From an uncultured Alphaproteobacteria bacterium (GTDB lineage Bacteria > Pseudomonadota > Alphaproteobacteria > Acetobacterales > Acetobacteraceae): a DNA stretch of 64,000 bases. The notes below the pieces were generated by a model, which was not told the origin of the DNA, did no database searches, and saw nothing but the letters and a program-made list of their open reading frames with translations. Where the stretch lies: assembly GCA_963832895.1 (NCBI GenBank), contig CAWHVQ010000004.1, positions 89,507 to 153,506 on the forward strand, read 5' to 3'. Positions 46,335 to 55,981 of the stretch are shown piece by piece. A program made the position numbers and the translations under genes. The stretch's first letter is position 1. Each line of letters begins with the position of its first letter.

Positions 46335-48074
46335 TCACGAACCAATCTTCGCGAGTTCGGCGCGCTGCCCGGACGTGCTGCTCTCTGACCCGGTGCCTGA
46401 TTGTTGGTCCAGAACCGCGAGGCCCGGTAGCCGCACGGTCACGGTTGTGCCGACACCGGGTTCGCTCGCCAGTGTCAGTGTGCCTCCATGCTGTTCCACC
46501 AGCCCCTTGCTCAACGGTAGCCCGAGGCCGGTGCCTCTGCGCTTCCCGGTCTGGGCGTTTTCCACCTGGGCAAACGGCAGCACGATGCGCGGAAGGTCTT
46601 CCGCGCTGATGCCTATGCCGGTGTCGGCCACGCGGATCATGCAGTCAGTGCCGACCTGTCCCGCGCTGATCGTCACCGTCCCGCCGCGCGGTGTGAACTT
46701 GATGGCGTTCGATAGCAGGTTGAGCAGGATCTGCCGCAGCCGCACCTCGTCGGCATTCAACGGTGGAATGCGCTGATCGATCTGACACTGCACCTCGACG
46801 CCGGCTTGCCCGGCGATGCCTTCCAACAGATCCGCGGAGCCTTGCACCTCGTCCGCAACGTCCAGCGGCCTCTTGTGCAACTTCAGCTCTCCCGCCTCGT
46901 GACGAGCATAACTCTGGATCTGTTCGATGATATCGACGATGTGGTTCACGCTCCCGTCGATGCGCTCGCAATAGTCCAGCACCTTCGTATCCCGGGAACG
47001 AGTGGCGATGCCCTCCGCGCAACCCGACACCGCCATCAGCGGCGTGCGAAGCTCGTGGCTGAGGTAGGCGAAGTAGCTGCCCCGGGCGCGTGCTGCCTCC
47101 TCCACGCCCTGCTGTGCGACACGCGCCGTGGTGCTCTCGATTGTACGCGCCTCCAAGCGCCGGCCGATGGCCGCTGCCATGGCAAGATTGATGACGATCA
47201 TGGCCAGCGTGCAAACTATACTGAGCGCCAGGAAGCGCCACACCCGGTCGGTCAGTTCGGCAGTCGGCACGCCAACCGCGACCGTCCAGCCCGAAAATTC
47301 GGACCGAGCCCAGGCGGTTGAGACGCTGACACCATCATTCGTGCGCTGCGCCAACAGTTTATTGCCGCCGCCAGCCGGATGCTGCGCAATTGCCTGTAAG
47401 AACGCCGGGGTTGCCTTCTGCCCGACGAGTTGGGCTTCGTTCTGTGACCTCGCGATAATGGTGCCCGTGCTGTCGATGACACCGGCGATCCAGCCGGCGG
47501 GCAAATGCTGCTGGCGCAAGATCGCGCTCTTGCGCTCGGGGAACAGGCCAATGGAAAGGTCATAGATAACCGTGCCGTCTCGAATGACCGGCACTTCGAC
47601 ACTGAGCACGGGGCGGTGCATCAGTCCGCCGATGTAAAGATCGGAGATCACCGGCTTGGCAGTGGCAAAGACCACCTGGACTATCTTGGGATTGCCGTGG
47701 CGCGGCAGCGGTTGGCCGAACGGCTGCAAGGTGTTGAGCACCTGCTGACCTGATGCATCGCTCAGGACCACGTTGCTGCCGACGCCGCTGCGCTGAATGG
47801 CACCGCTGGCGCGGACGGTAAATCTGGCAAGGTCGCCCTCGAGCAAGCTCTGGGAGGTCGCCAGGGTCTCCGCAAGCACTATGGCGGCGGCCACATCGCG
47901 ATCGATGGCAACCATCACAGCGCTGGCGGCGGCGGCGGAGTCGCGCTCGACCAGGGCGCGGGCGTCGATCTCCGCATTGTACAGCAGCACGGCCGAGGCC
48001 AGCCAGACCGGCAGGGCGGTGGCGAGCACAACCAGCAGGAATTCCGAGCGAAAGACATCGGCGAGACGGCGCAT
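46335..48074 (-). CDS. sensor histidine kinase with periplasmic Cache-like domain
   Basis: An N-terminal TM segment, a ~270-aa extracytoplasmic region and a second TM segment. HisKA H-box FAYLSHELRTPL. HATPase N and G boxes (LLNLLSNAIKFTP, DTGIGI, GTGLGL). Confidence 0.85.
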   Translation of the reverse strand: MRRLADVFRSEFLLVVLATALPVWLASAVLLYNAEIDARALVERDSAAAASAVMVAIDRDVAAAIVLAETLATSQSLLEGDLARFTVRASGAIQRSGVGSNVVLSDASGQQVLNTLQPFGQPLPRHGNPKIVQVVFATAKPVISDLYIGGLMHRPVLSVEVPVIRDGTVIYDLSIGLFPERKSAILRQQHLPAGWIAGVIDSTGTIIARSQNEAQLVGQKATPAFLQAIAQHPAGGGNKLLAQRTNDGVSVSTAWARSEFSGWTVAVGVPTAELTDRVWRFLALSIVCTLAMIVINLAMAAAIGRRLEARTIESTTARVAQQGVEEAARARGSYFAYLSHELRTPLMAVSGCAEGIATRSRDTKVLDYCERIDGSVNHIVDIIEQIQSYARHEAGELKLHKRPLDVADEVQGSADLLEGIAGQAGVEVQCQIDQRIPPLNADEVRLRQILLNLLSNAIKFTPRGGTVTISAGQVGTDCMIRVADTGIGISAEDLPRIVLPFAQVENAQTGKRRGTGLGLPLSKGLVEQHGGTLTLASEPGVGTTVTVRLPGLAVLDQQSGTGSESSTSGQRAELAKIGS

Positions 48075-48211
48075 GGGGGCCGTCTTAGCGCGGCACACTG
48101 ACCGGTGAGTGACAGGACCGTTAAATAGCCGCAACAATACGTCGAGGTAATGCCGCCGTGGGTAGATACCCGACCGTTACAGGTTGGCGAGCGTCTGGCG
48201 TACGGCTGCGG

Positions 48212-48238
48212 ATCGCCGAAAGGCGGGGGCCCCGACCC
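48212..48238 (-). terminator. possible terminator after the flp gene
   Basis: The minus strand after the TAG stop reads GGGGTCGGGGCCCCCGCCTTTCGG, a GC palindrome (CGGGGCCCCG) followed by a short T-run. Confidence 0.3.
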
Positions 48239-48415
48239 CTAAAGTTTGCCGCCGATGGTCGAGAACAGGGTGGACACCTTCGTCCCAAGCGACGCCGCGG
48301 CTGTGGCGACGACGATGACGATGCCCGCAGCGATCACGCCGTATTCCATGGCAGTCACGCCCTTGCGGTCAATCTTCACGCGCTCCCGGAGAGCAAATAA
48401 ATACGCGAACATCAT
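48239..48415 (-). CDS. flp: Flp/Fap-family type IVb pilin (58 aa; below the ORF-track cutoff)
   Basis: Hand translation: MMFAYLFALRERVKIDRKGVTAMEYGVIAAGIVIVVATAAASLGTKVSTLFSTIGGKL. It has the Flp signature G-x-T-A-[IM]-E-Y-G-[LV]-I-A followed by a hydrophobic helix. Confidence 0.8.
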   Translation of the reverse strand: MMFAYLFALRERVKIDRKGVTAMEYGVIAAGIVIVVATAAASLGTKVSTLFSTIGGKL

Positions 48416-48471
48416 GCAATGGTATCGCAGGAAATTACCTGTGTCACTGTCAGAATAATGGCGCGTCGGAA

Positions 48472-48485
48472 TTGATCTGTATCAA
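48472..48485. promoter_or_regulatory. perfect FNR/FixK box upstream of flp
   Basis: TTGAT-CTGT-ATCAA, both half-sites perfect. The centre lies ~63 nt upstream of the flp ATG, in an AT-rich gap. Confidence 0.6.
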
Positions 48486-48547
48486 TGTCCTTGCCGCCGA
48501 ACGGCTACCAGAGCGGATGTCCGCGCGCTGAGCCGCCTCGGATCCCC

Positions 48548-49435
48548 CTACGCCTGCTTGAGCTCGATGAGACTACGCCTAATCTTGCGCCCCCGTTCCA
48601 CCTTGTCCTCGATGTACTCCGCATCCCCCCAGCGCACCGCGCGCGACATCGCCTGAGCGTCCTCGACGAAACGCGCCAGCATCTCCAGCAGCGCCTCGCG
48701 GTTGTTGAGAAAAATGTCCCGCCACATCACCGGGTCACTCGCGGCGATCCGCGTGAAGTCGCGGAAGCCCGAGGCGGCGAACTGGAGCACCGCCTGCCGG
48801 CTCTCGTCGGCGAGGTCGTCGGCGGTGCCACAGATGGTGAAGGCGAGCAGGTGCGGCAGGTGGGAAACGATCGCCAGCACCCGGTCGTGATGCGCCGGCT
48901 CCATCCGCTGCACCATCGACCCACAACGCCGCCAGAACTCCTCCACCCGCGCGACCGCCGTCTCGTCCGTTCCCGGCGGCGGGGTTAGCAACGTCCAGCG
49001 GCCCTCGAACAACGTGGTGAAACCGGCATCCGGCCCCGAATATTCGGTCCCGGCCACCGGATGCGCCGGCACGAAATGCACCCCCGCCGGCACCAGCGGC
49101 CCCACGTCGCGGATCACCGACTGCTTGGTCGAGCCCACATCCGTCAGCACCGCCCCTGCCTCAAGCCGCGGTGCGATCGCGGCGGCAATATCGGCGAACG
49201 CGCCCACGGGCGCGCACAGCATCACACAGTCGGCGCCGGCCACCGCGCAGGCGGGGTCCGCCTCGATCCGGTCGGCAATACCCAGTTCCCGCACCCGCTC
49301 CAATGTCTTCGGGGTCCGCGCGTTCACCACCACCTCGGCGGCCAGGTCACCGCGCTCGCGCGCGATACGGGCAACGGAACTGCCTATCAGGCCAATGCCG
49401 ATCAGCGCCAGGCGGCGAAACAGCGGTTCAGACAT
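48548..49435 (-). CDS. tyrC: prephenate/arogenate (cyclohexadienyl) dehydrogenase
   Basis: RLALIGIGLIGSSVA (Rossmann fold), ...DVGSTK... and ...FVPAHPVAGTEYSGP.... Confidence 0.9.
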   Translation of the reverse strand: MSEPLFRRLALIGIGLIGSSVARIARERGDLAAEVVVNARTPKTLERVRELGIADRIEADPACAVAGADCVMLCAPVGAFADIAAAIAPRLEAGAVLTDVGSTKQSVIRDVGPLVPAGVHFVPAHPVAGTEYSGPDAGFTTLFEGRWTLLTPPPGTDETAVARVEEFWRRCGSMVQRMEPAHHDRVLAIVSHLPHLLAFTICGTADDLADESRQAVLQFAASGFRDFTRIAASDPVMWRDIFLNNREALLEMLARFVEDAQAMSRAVRWGDAEYIEDKVERGRKIRRSLIELKQA

Positions 49436-49436
49436 A

Positions 49437-50543
49437 CTACGCCTGTCCCCGGGCGCGAGCCGGGGACATGAACTCCGTGACGGTGGCGATGACGATGTCC
49501 ACCTCTTCCGCGGTGCCGACCGTGATGCGCAGACAGTGCGGCAGGCCATAGCCGCCCACCGGGCGGGCAATCACGCCACGCGAGCGCAGGAAGCCATCCG
49601 CCGCCTTGGCGCGTTCGGGTGAGCCAAAGTCGGCGAGCACGAAATTGCCCTCCGACGGCCAAACCTTCACTCCCGCCGCCGTCAGCCCCGCCGCCAGCTT
49701 CGGCCGGTATTCCGCGTTGTGCGCACGGCCCTTCTCCACCCAGCCCGGCTCTGCCAGCGCCGCGACCGCCGCCGCCTGCGATGCGAGCGTGACGTTGAAT
49801 GGCTCGCGCACCCGGTTGAATACATCGATCACCGCCGGCGCCGCATAGGCCCAGCCGATCCGCATTCCGCCCAGGCCAAAGATCTTCGAGAACGTGCGCA
49901 GCATCACGGTATTGTCGCCGGCATCCACCAGTCGGATGCCAGGATCGTAATCCGGCCGCTCGACGTACTCGGCATACGCGGCATCGATCACCAGCAGCAC
50001 CTCCGGCGGCAGGCCTGCGCGCAGCCGCGCTACTTCCGCATACGGCAGCATACTGCCGGTCGGATTGTTCGGGTTCGCGAGGAACACCAGCCGCGTCGAC
50101 GGGGACACTGCCGCGAGCATGGCATCGACATCCGCGGTCAGGTCGCGCTCCGGCGTCTTTATCACCCGGCTGCCAGCATATGTGCCAGCGATGAAGTAGA
50201 TCGCGAAGCCATGCGCGCTCATGACGATGTCGCGGCCGTGGCCGCCATACGCGAGGCAGAGTTGGTAAATCAGGTCATCCGACCCAGCGCCGCACACGAT
50301 CCGCGCCGGGTCCAGCTTGAACCGCGCCCCGATAGCGCGGCGCAGTTCGGTCGCGTCGCCGTCGGGATAGCGATGCAACTCCTCCGCCGCACGCTTGTAC
50401 GCCTCCTGTGCGCCCGGCGGCACGCCGAACGCGCCTTCGTTGGAGGACAGCTTCAACACCCGGTTGATCCCGGGCTCCGTGGACTCGCCGCCGATATACG
50501 GAGAGATGTCGAGGACTTCGGGGCGCGGACGAGGCGCGGTCAT
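49437..50543 (-). CDS. hisC: histidinol-phosphate aminotransferase
   Basis: ...LSSNEGAFG...NPNNPTGS...[16 protein letters not shown].... 368 aa. Confidence 0.9.
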   Translation of the reverse strand: MTAPRPRPEVLDISPYIGGESTEPGINRVLKLSSNEGAFGVPPGAQEAYKRAAEELHRYPDGDATELRRAIGARFKLDPARIVCGAGSDDLIYQLCLAYGGHGRDIVMSAHGFAIYFIAGTYAGSRVIKTPERDLTADVDAMLAAVSPSTRLVFLANPNNPTGSMLPYAEVARLRAGLPPEVLLVIDAAYAEYVERPDYDPGIRLVDAGDNTVMLRTFSKIFGLGGMRIGWAYAAPAVIDVFNRVREPFNVTLASQAAAVAALAEPGWVEKGRAHNAEYRPKLAAGLTAAGVKVWPSEGNFVLADFGSPERAKAADGFLRSRGVIARPVGGYGLPHCLRITVGTAEEVDIVIATVTEFMSPARARGQA

Positions 50544-51454
50544 GCGGCGGCTCCGGTTTCGGGGATGGCGTAGGCGCCGACGATCATTGGCCGGCGCAGC
50601 ACCCTCTCAAGCGCGTCGAGCCGGGCGTCATCGTCGGACAGGAACCCATCGACCTCGACCAGAGCCTGGGCGATCGGCGCGCCTGGCTCGCGGCGCAGAA
50701 CGACCTTGCTGGGCGCAAGGCCTGCGGAGGTCAGCGTGTCGATGAGGCGGGCGCGACCCACATCGCGATCCAGATCGAGCCCCAGCAGCGAGCGATCGTG
50801 TCCGCTGGCGTCCGGCTCGGTGGCGGCGACGACGAGAGCCTGCACGGCAGGTGAGCCCTCGGGACGCGCCGCCCAGAACGGCAGCCGCGCCACCACGTAG
50901 AGCCGTGCCGCGTCCTTCCGCAGCAGCGCGGTCCACCATGCCTCGTGCGGCTTATCAGTTTCCGACGGCATCGGCAGCACGGCCACCGCCGTGTCGCCGC
51001 GGCTGACATCGGCCAGAGCCAATGCCGGCCTGCCATACGCGTGCAGCGGCGTCAGCCCGCCGAAATGTTCGCGCGCGGCCTGGGTGAAGCCGGCTCCGTT
51101 GTCCGACTCGTACACTGCCACCGCGAAGGGTGCCTGCATCGCCGTGGTGCCCGCCAGCAGCTCGCGCCAGATGCGCACGATAGCCTGCGCCGGCAGCGTG
51201 CCGCTGTGCTGCCGCAGGAGGCGGCGAATCATCGCGGCCTCGCGCCCCGGACGGTACGCGCTGCGCTTGCCGGAGCGCGCCACCTGCTCCACCACTGCGG
51301 CGCGCTGTTTCAGAAGCGTGTGGAGCGCATCGTCGATCCGGTCGAGTTCCGCGCGCAGAGCGGCGAGGCCGCCAGGCCAGCCATCCTGCGGTGGTGGTTC
51401 CTCCGCCACGGGGGCGGGAGCAGACGGCGCGTCGAGACGAGCGGAACTGGGCAT
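50540..51454 (-). CDS. chorismate mutase-family protein (CM domain plus C-terminal prephenate-dehydratase-like/ACT-like region)
   Basis: CM helix [33 protein letters not shown]...REAAMIRRL. The stop overlaps the hisC start. Confidence 0.8.
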   Translation of the reverse strand: MPSSARLDAPSAPAPVAEEPPPQDGWPGGLAALRAELDRIDDALHTLLKQRAAVVEQVARSGKRSAYRPGREAAMIRRLLRQHSGTLPAQAIVRIWRELLAGTTAMQAPFAVAVYESDNGAGFTQAAREHFGGLTPLHAYGRPALALADVSRGDTAVAVLPMPSETDKPHEAWWTALLRKDAARLYVVARLPFWAARPEGSPAVQALVVAATEPDASGHDRSLLGLDLDRDVGRARLIDTLTSAGLAPSKVVLRREPGAPIAQALVEVDGFLSDDDARLDALERVLRRPMIVGAYAIPETGAAA

Positions 51455-51563
51455 GATCCTGGGCCGGTCGAGGGCCGGAACAGATAGCCGAAGCAGGCCG
51501 GTGTGCAAACAGGGGCGCCGGCCAGTTGCGACCGGCCGACGCCCGGCCTATGCAAAGGCGCGA

Positions 51564-52724
51564 ATGGATACGTCGATCGCACTCGCCGCCACCGAACATA
51601 GCCCCAGCGTCACTTTCGCCGAGGGGATGGCGCTGGATTGCGGCGCGCGGCTGGCGCGCATGACTGTGGCGTATCGCACCTACGGCACGCTGAACGCCGC
51701 GCGCTCCAATGCCGTGCTGGTCTGTCATGCGCTGACCGGCGATCAGTATGTCGCCGAGACGCATCCGGTCACCGGCAAGGAGGGCTGGTGGGACGTTGTT
51801 GTAGGCCCCGGCCGGCCGATCGACACCGACCGCTACTTCGTCATCTGCTCCAACGTGCTGGGCGGCTGCATGGGCTCGACCGGGCCGCGCAGCCTGCGCG
51901 ACGACGAAGCGGGCCCGTGGGGAACCGACTTCCCGCCGGTCACCATTCAGGACATGGTCCGCGCGCAGAAGATGCTGATCGATCACCTCGGCATCACACG
52001 GCTGTTCGCGGTGCTGGGCGGCTCGATGGGCGCGATGCAGGCGCTGCAATGGGCGGCGAGCTACCCGGACGCCGTATTCGCCGCGCTGCCGATCGCCGGT
52101 GCGGCCTATCACTCGGCGCAGAACATCGCGTTCCACGAGGTTGGGCGTCAGGCGATCTTCGCCGACCCGGACTGGCAAGGCGGCCGCTACTGGACGAACG
52201 GGCGGATCCCGGCGCGCGGCCTCGCCGTGGCGCGCATGTGCGCGCACATCACCTACCTGTCGGAAGAGGCTCTGACCCGCAAATTCGGCCGGCGGCTGCA
52301 GAACGCGCCAAAGGATCCCAGCGAGGCGATCAGCCTGTTCGGCGAGATGTTCGAGGTGGAGAGCTATCTGCGCCACCAGGGCTCCACGTTCGTGCAGCGG
52401 TTCGACGCCAATTCCTATCTGACGATCACCCGCGCGATGGACTACTTCGATCTGGCTGCGGATTACCAAGGCGATGTGGCGAACGCGTTCCGCGGAACGA
52501 AGACGCGGTTCCTGCTCGTGTCGTTCACCTCGGACTGGCTGTTCCCGACAGCCGAGAGCCGCGCGATCGCGCGGGCGCTGAACCGGGCGGGGGCGAATGT
52601 GTCATTCGTGGAAATCCCCACCGACAAAGGGCACGACGCGTTCCTGCTGGACGAGCCGGATTTCCACCGCACGTTGGCGGGCTTCCTGGCGGGATGCGCG
52701 GTGCACGCCGGGCTGGAGGTGTAG
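51564..52724 (+). CDS. metX: homoserine O-acetyltransferase
   Basis: ...[15 protein letters not shown]...[34 protein letters not shown]...[12 protein letters not shown].... Confidence 0.9.
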   Translation: MDTSIALAATEHSPSVTFAEGMALDCGARLARMTVAYRTYGTLNAARSNAVLVCHALTGDQYVAETHPVTGKEGWWDVVVGPGRPIDTDRYFVICSNVLGGCMGSTGPRSLRDDEAGPWGTDFPPVTIQDMVRAQKMLIDHLGITRLFAVLGGSMGAMQALQWAASYPDAVFAALPIAGAAYHSAQNIAFHEVGRQAIFADPDWQGGRYWTNGRIPARGLAVARMCAHITYLSEEALTRKFGRRLQNAPKDPSEAISLFGEMFEVESYLRHQGSTFVQRFDANSYLTITRAMDYFDLAADYQGDVANAFRGTKTRFLLVSFTSDWLFPTAESRAIARALNRAGANVSFVEIPTDKGHDAFLLDEPDFHRTLAGFLAGCAVHAGLEV

Positions 52725-52750
52725 CGTAGGCCTCGCGAGGCCGATCCTCG

Positions 52751-53602
52751 TCAACGTCTGACTTGCGGACCCATATGCTGCCGGTGATGCTCGATGGCAA
52801 ACACGTTGCTGTACAACTGCGCCACCCACAGCCGACCCTCCATGGTCAATTCCAGGTAGCCGATCGCATCGCCGATGTACGGTTCAACCTTGTTCCAGAA
52901 GAACCGCGGATACTGCTCGGCCAGGTCTGCCGGTGTGGCATAACCCAGCTTCTCATTGACCCCGATTTCCGCGAACTCATGGAACAGCGCATTGAGCTTG
53001 CGAGGATACAGCGGGTCCGCCAGTTGTCCGATGAGATCGGCCGCGCGCAACAAACCAGCCTCGGTGTCGGTCTCGGCGTAATCTTCGTCGTTCGGGATCG
53101 GGAAGCGAGTGAGCTCGATCGCCTTGGCGATCCGTTCGCCGTCGATCATCGAATGACCGGCAAAGCGTCTCAGAACCACGCTCTTCGAGCGGTAGACATG
53201 GTAGGGCGCCAGGAACGCGTCCGACGCGCCACGCGGCAGAACCACCGTATTGCCCGCGTCATCGATGACCTGTCGTTCGCCGCTGTCCCCAGCGCAGACG
53301 TCGCGCAGATATCCGACATCGTGCGTCAGCGCCGCGATGATGAAATGCAGCCAGTCCTCCGGGCTGATGTCCTGCCTCAGGCGAATCCCGCGCAGAATAT
53401 CCTGTGCCACCAAGGTTACGAGCGCTGTGTGTTCCGCGCTATGATACAGCGCATCGCTGGTGGCAAGCCGCTCGATGACAAGCCGGCCCGCTTCATCAAG
53501 CTCGGCCGCGATCCGCGGATTGCCTCCGCCGAAGCTGCGCAGGAAGACGCCGGAGAGCCTCTGACCGAGCTCATCTGCCAGGAGCGTCGTCGTATTCAGC
53601 AT
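52751..53602 (-). CDS. HD-domain metal-dependent phosphohydrolase-like protein
   Basis: ...YHSAEHTALV...AALTHDVGY... (H...HD motif). 283 aa. Confidence 0.7.
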   Translation of the reverse strand: MLNTTTLLADELGQRLSGVFLRSFGGGNPRIAAELDEAGRLVIERLATSDALYHSAEHTALVTLVAQDILRGIRLRQDISPEDWLHFIIAALTHDVGYLRDVCAGDSGERQVIDDAGNTVVLPRGASDAFLAPYHVYRSKSVVLRRFAGHSMIDGERIAKAIELTRFPIPNDEDYAETDTEAGLLRAADLIGQLADPLYPRKLNALFHEFAEIGVNEKLGYATPADLAEQYPRFFWNKVEPYIGDAIGYLELTMEGRLWVAQLYSNVFAIEHHRQHMGPQVRR

Positions 53603-53821
53603 GTGCGGCACCTCCAGCCGGATGTTCCCGATTATGGCGCGTGCCGGCCACCAAAGTCTGCAACGATGCGCGCCGTCGCTCAAGCGGCCGCTGGGGCGCG
53701 GCTTCCCATCCAACGCCCGGCGGACTAGCCTGACCGCGCTTAGTTCGCAGCATCGCGAACCCGGGACCGTCGGTCGCTTCCTCCGACGATCTCCACCCTT
53801 GCGGCAACCGAGGAGCGTCCC

Positions 53822-54970
53822 ATGCAGGAAAAGCTTATATCCGCCGATAACCACATCGATCTCACCTATTGTCCGCCCGATCTCTGGTCCGAGCAGGCGC
53901 CACAGCAATGGCGCGACACGGCGCCGCGCACGGAGGAGCGCGACGACGGCCTGCACTGGATCGTCGATGGCCAGGACAAGGGAATGTGGAACGGCGTCGG
54001 TCCGGGCTTCCTGAAGTATCAAAAGGGCACCTTCCACCACGTCGATGAAATGAAGGACGCCGGTTTCGAATGGGACTATCGCCGCGGTGCCAAGCCCCGT
54101 CCGACGACGCCTGAAACCCGCATCACCGATCTCGACAAGGACGGTGTCGCGGCCGAGGTGGTGTATGGCTGCATCATGATCAACGAGATGATCGCCGATA
54201 CCACGATGCGCGACTGGGCAGACGCGGTGTACAATGACTGGGTGGCCGACTTCGCCAGAAAGGCCAATTCCAACCGCGTGTTCCCCCTGGCGATCGTGCC
54301 GAACAGCGATCCAAAGGCAGCGGCAGCCGAGGTGCGGCGCTGCGCGAAGATGGGGCTGCGCGGCGGCGATCTCGCATTTAAGCGCATGGGCATCCCGCTG
54401 TGGCACCACGACTGGTACGCGCTATGGGAGGCAAGTGCCGAATGCCACTTCCCGATCTCGTTCCACTCCACCGGCTTCAAGGCCGCACGTGCGCCTGACA
54501 CACCGGAGATGGAGAAGGAATACGCGATCCAGTATCGCCTGGTGCGTTCGGCGCTGTTCCAGACCGACACGATGGAGGTCCTGGTATCGCTGCTCGCCTC
54601 CGGTGCCTGCGAGAAATACCCCGATTTCAACTTCGTCCTCGGCGAATCGGGCGTGACCTGGCTGCCATACATCTTCGATCGCCTCGACACCGAGTACCAT
54701 GACCGCGCCCGCAGCCTGGGGTTCAAGCTGAAGCCATCCGACTACTTCCGCCGTCAGGGCTACGTCACCTACCAGCAGGACAAGTTCCTGGAACCGATCG
54801 TGCCGCTGATCGGCGAGGACAACATCATGTGGGGTTCTGACTACCCCCATCCCGACTCGCTATGGCCGGACTCGCACAACGTGCTGGCCGAAAATCTCGC
54901 CGCGTTCAGTCCGAGCGTGCGCCGCAAGATTGTCTGCGACAACGTCGCGCGGCTCTATCACCTGAACTAG
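53822..54970 (+). CDS. amidohydrolase-2 family protein (ACMSD-like decarboxylase/hydratase)
   Basis: ISADNHID (metal-binding HxD/H start), ...WGSDYPHPD... (C-terminal signature). 382 aa. Confidence 0.85.
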   Translation: MQEKLISADNHIDLTYCPPDLWSEQAPQQWRDTAPRTEERDDGLHWIVDGQDKGMWNGVGPGFLKYQKGTFHHVDEMKDAGFEWDYRRGAKPRPTTPETRITDLDKDGVAAEVVYGCIMINEMIADTTMRDWADAVYNDWVADFARKANSNRVFPLAIVPNSDPKAAAAEVRRCAKMGLRGGDLAFKRMGIPLWHHDWYALWEASAECHFPISFHSTGFKAARAPDTPEMEKEYAIQYRLVRSALFQTDTMEVLVSLLASGACEKYPDFNFVLGESGVTWLPYIFDRLDTEYHDRARSLGFKLKPSDYFRRQGYVTYQQDKFLEPIVPLIGEDNIMWGSDYPHPDSLWPDSHNVLAENLAAFSPSVRRKIVCDNVARLYHLN

Positions 54971-54971
54971 C

Positions 54972-55358
54972 TCACGTCCCCTCGGCCGCTCGGCGGGCTG
55001 CCATGAATTCCTCCCAGTGCAGCCCGTCGAACAGGCTCGGATGCAGCGCGGCAATATCCACATCATCGAGGCAGCGTGCGTTCACGCTGACCCCGTCAGG
55101 CTTCGAGCGCGGCGTGTAGAACGAGTGGATGCCGCAATGCCGGCAGAACGTATGCTTCGCCACGCCCGTGCCGAACGTATACGTGGCGATCGCGTCCGCG
55201 CCGCGCAGCAGCTCGAACTGCTCGAGCGGCACCACCATGTGCACGATCCCCTTCATCGTGCAGACCGAGCAGTTGCACACCGAGACGTCGTCCAGGTCGC
55301 CCTGGACGCGAAACCTCACCTGGCCGCAGTGGCAGCCGCCCTCGTAGGTTGTGAGCAT
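54972..55358 (-). CDS. GFA-family (glutathione-dependent formaldehyde-activating-like) protein
   Basis: MLTTYEGGCHCGQVRF...CNCSVC...FCRHCG is the GFA zinc-Cys pattern. Confidence 0.85.
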   Translation of the reverse strand: MLTTYEGGCHCGQVRFRVQGDLDDVSVCNCSVCTMKGIVHMVVPLEQFELLRGADAIATYTFGTGVAKHTFCRHCGIHSFYTPRSKPDGVSVNARCLDDVDIAALHPSLFDGLHWEEFMAARRAAEGT

Positions 55359-55381
55359 GTGGTGGCTCCGATTGGTTTCAG

Positions 55382-55927
55382 TTAGACCTTCAGGACTTCG
55401 GCGCCTTCCGCCGGCTCCAGCTCGCAGGCATTCACCGTCATGCACAGCATGGCATAGTAGCCGATCGCCCCGGTGAGCTGAATGAACTCATCGTCGCCGA
55501 GCCGCTTGCGCAGCGCACTCGCCGCCGCCTCGTCGATCCGGTGCTTGCGCAGCAACTGGCGGGTGAAATCAACGATCTGCGCATCCTCGGCCGGGATTCC
55601 GCGCGAGTGGTTTTCGCGGATCGCGGTGATCGTGGACTCCGCCACGCCGAGACGCCGCGCGCCGCCGCTCTGCGCCCCCCAGACGTACATCGCCTCATAT
55701 TCGCGCGCGACCACCATCGCCGCCAGCACGCGCACCCGCATATCGAGCGAGCCTTCGAAGCGGACATATGCGCCGAGATGCGCGACGCGACCGGCGATCT
55801 CTGGCGAGTGCAGGAACATGGTGAACGGCCCGTGCACTGAGCCACGGCTCGCAACGATCGCATCGAACGCGGCGTGATCCTTCGCCGGCACCTGGTCCTT
55901 GCTTGTGATGTAGGAGAGTCTTGCCAT
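55382..55927 (-). CDS. carboxymuconolactone decarboxylase (AhpD-like) family protein
   Basis: AAGGAGG-N5-ATG. 181 aa, helical, family-like ...REYEAMYVWGAQ...LTGAIGYYAM.... Confidence 0.8.
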   Translation of the reverse strand: MARLSYITSKDQVPAKDHAAFDAIVASRGSVHGPFTMFLHSPEIAGRVAHLGAYVRFEGSLDMRVRVLAAMVVAREYEAMYVWGAQSGGARRLGVAESTITAIRENHSRGIPAEDAQIVDFTRQLLRKHRIDEAAASALRKRLGDDEFIQLTGAIGYYAMLCMTVNACELEPAEGAEVLKV

Positions 55928-55981
55928 GATTTCCTCCTTATGAATGTCATTTCGAGGAGCGAAGTGACGAAGCAATCTCCA

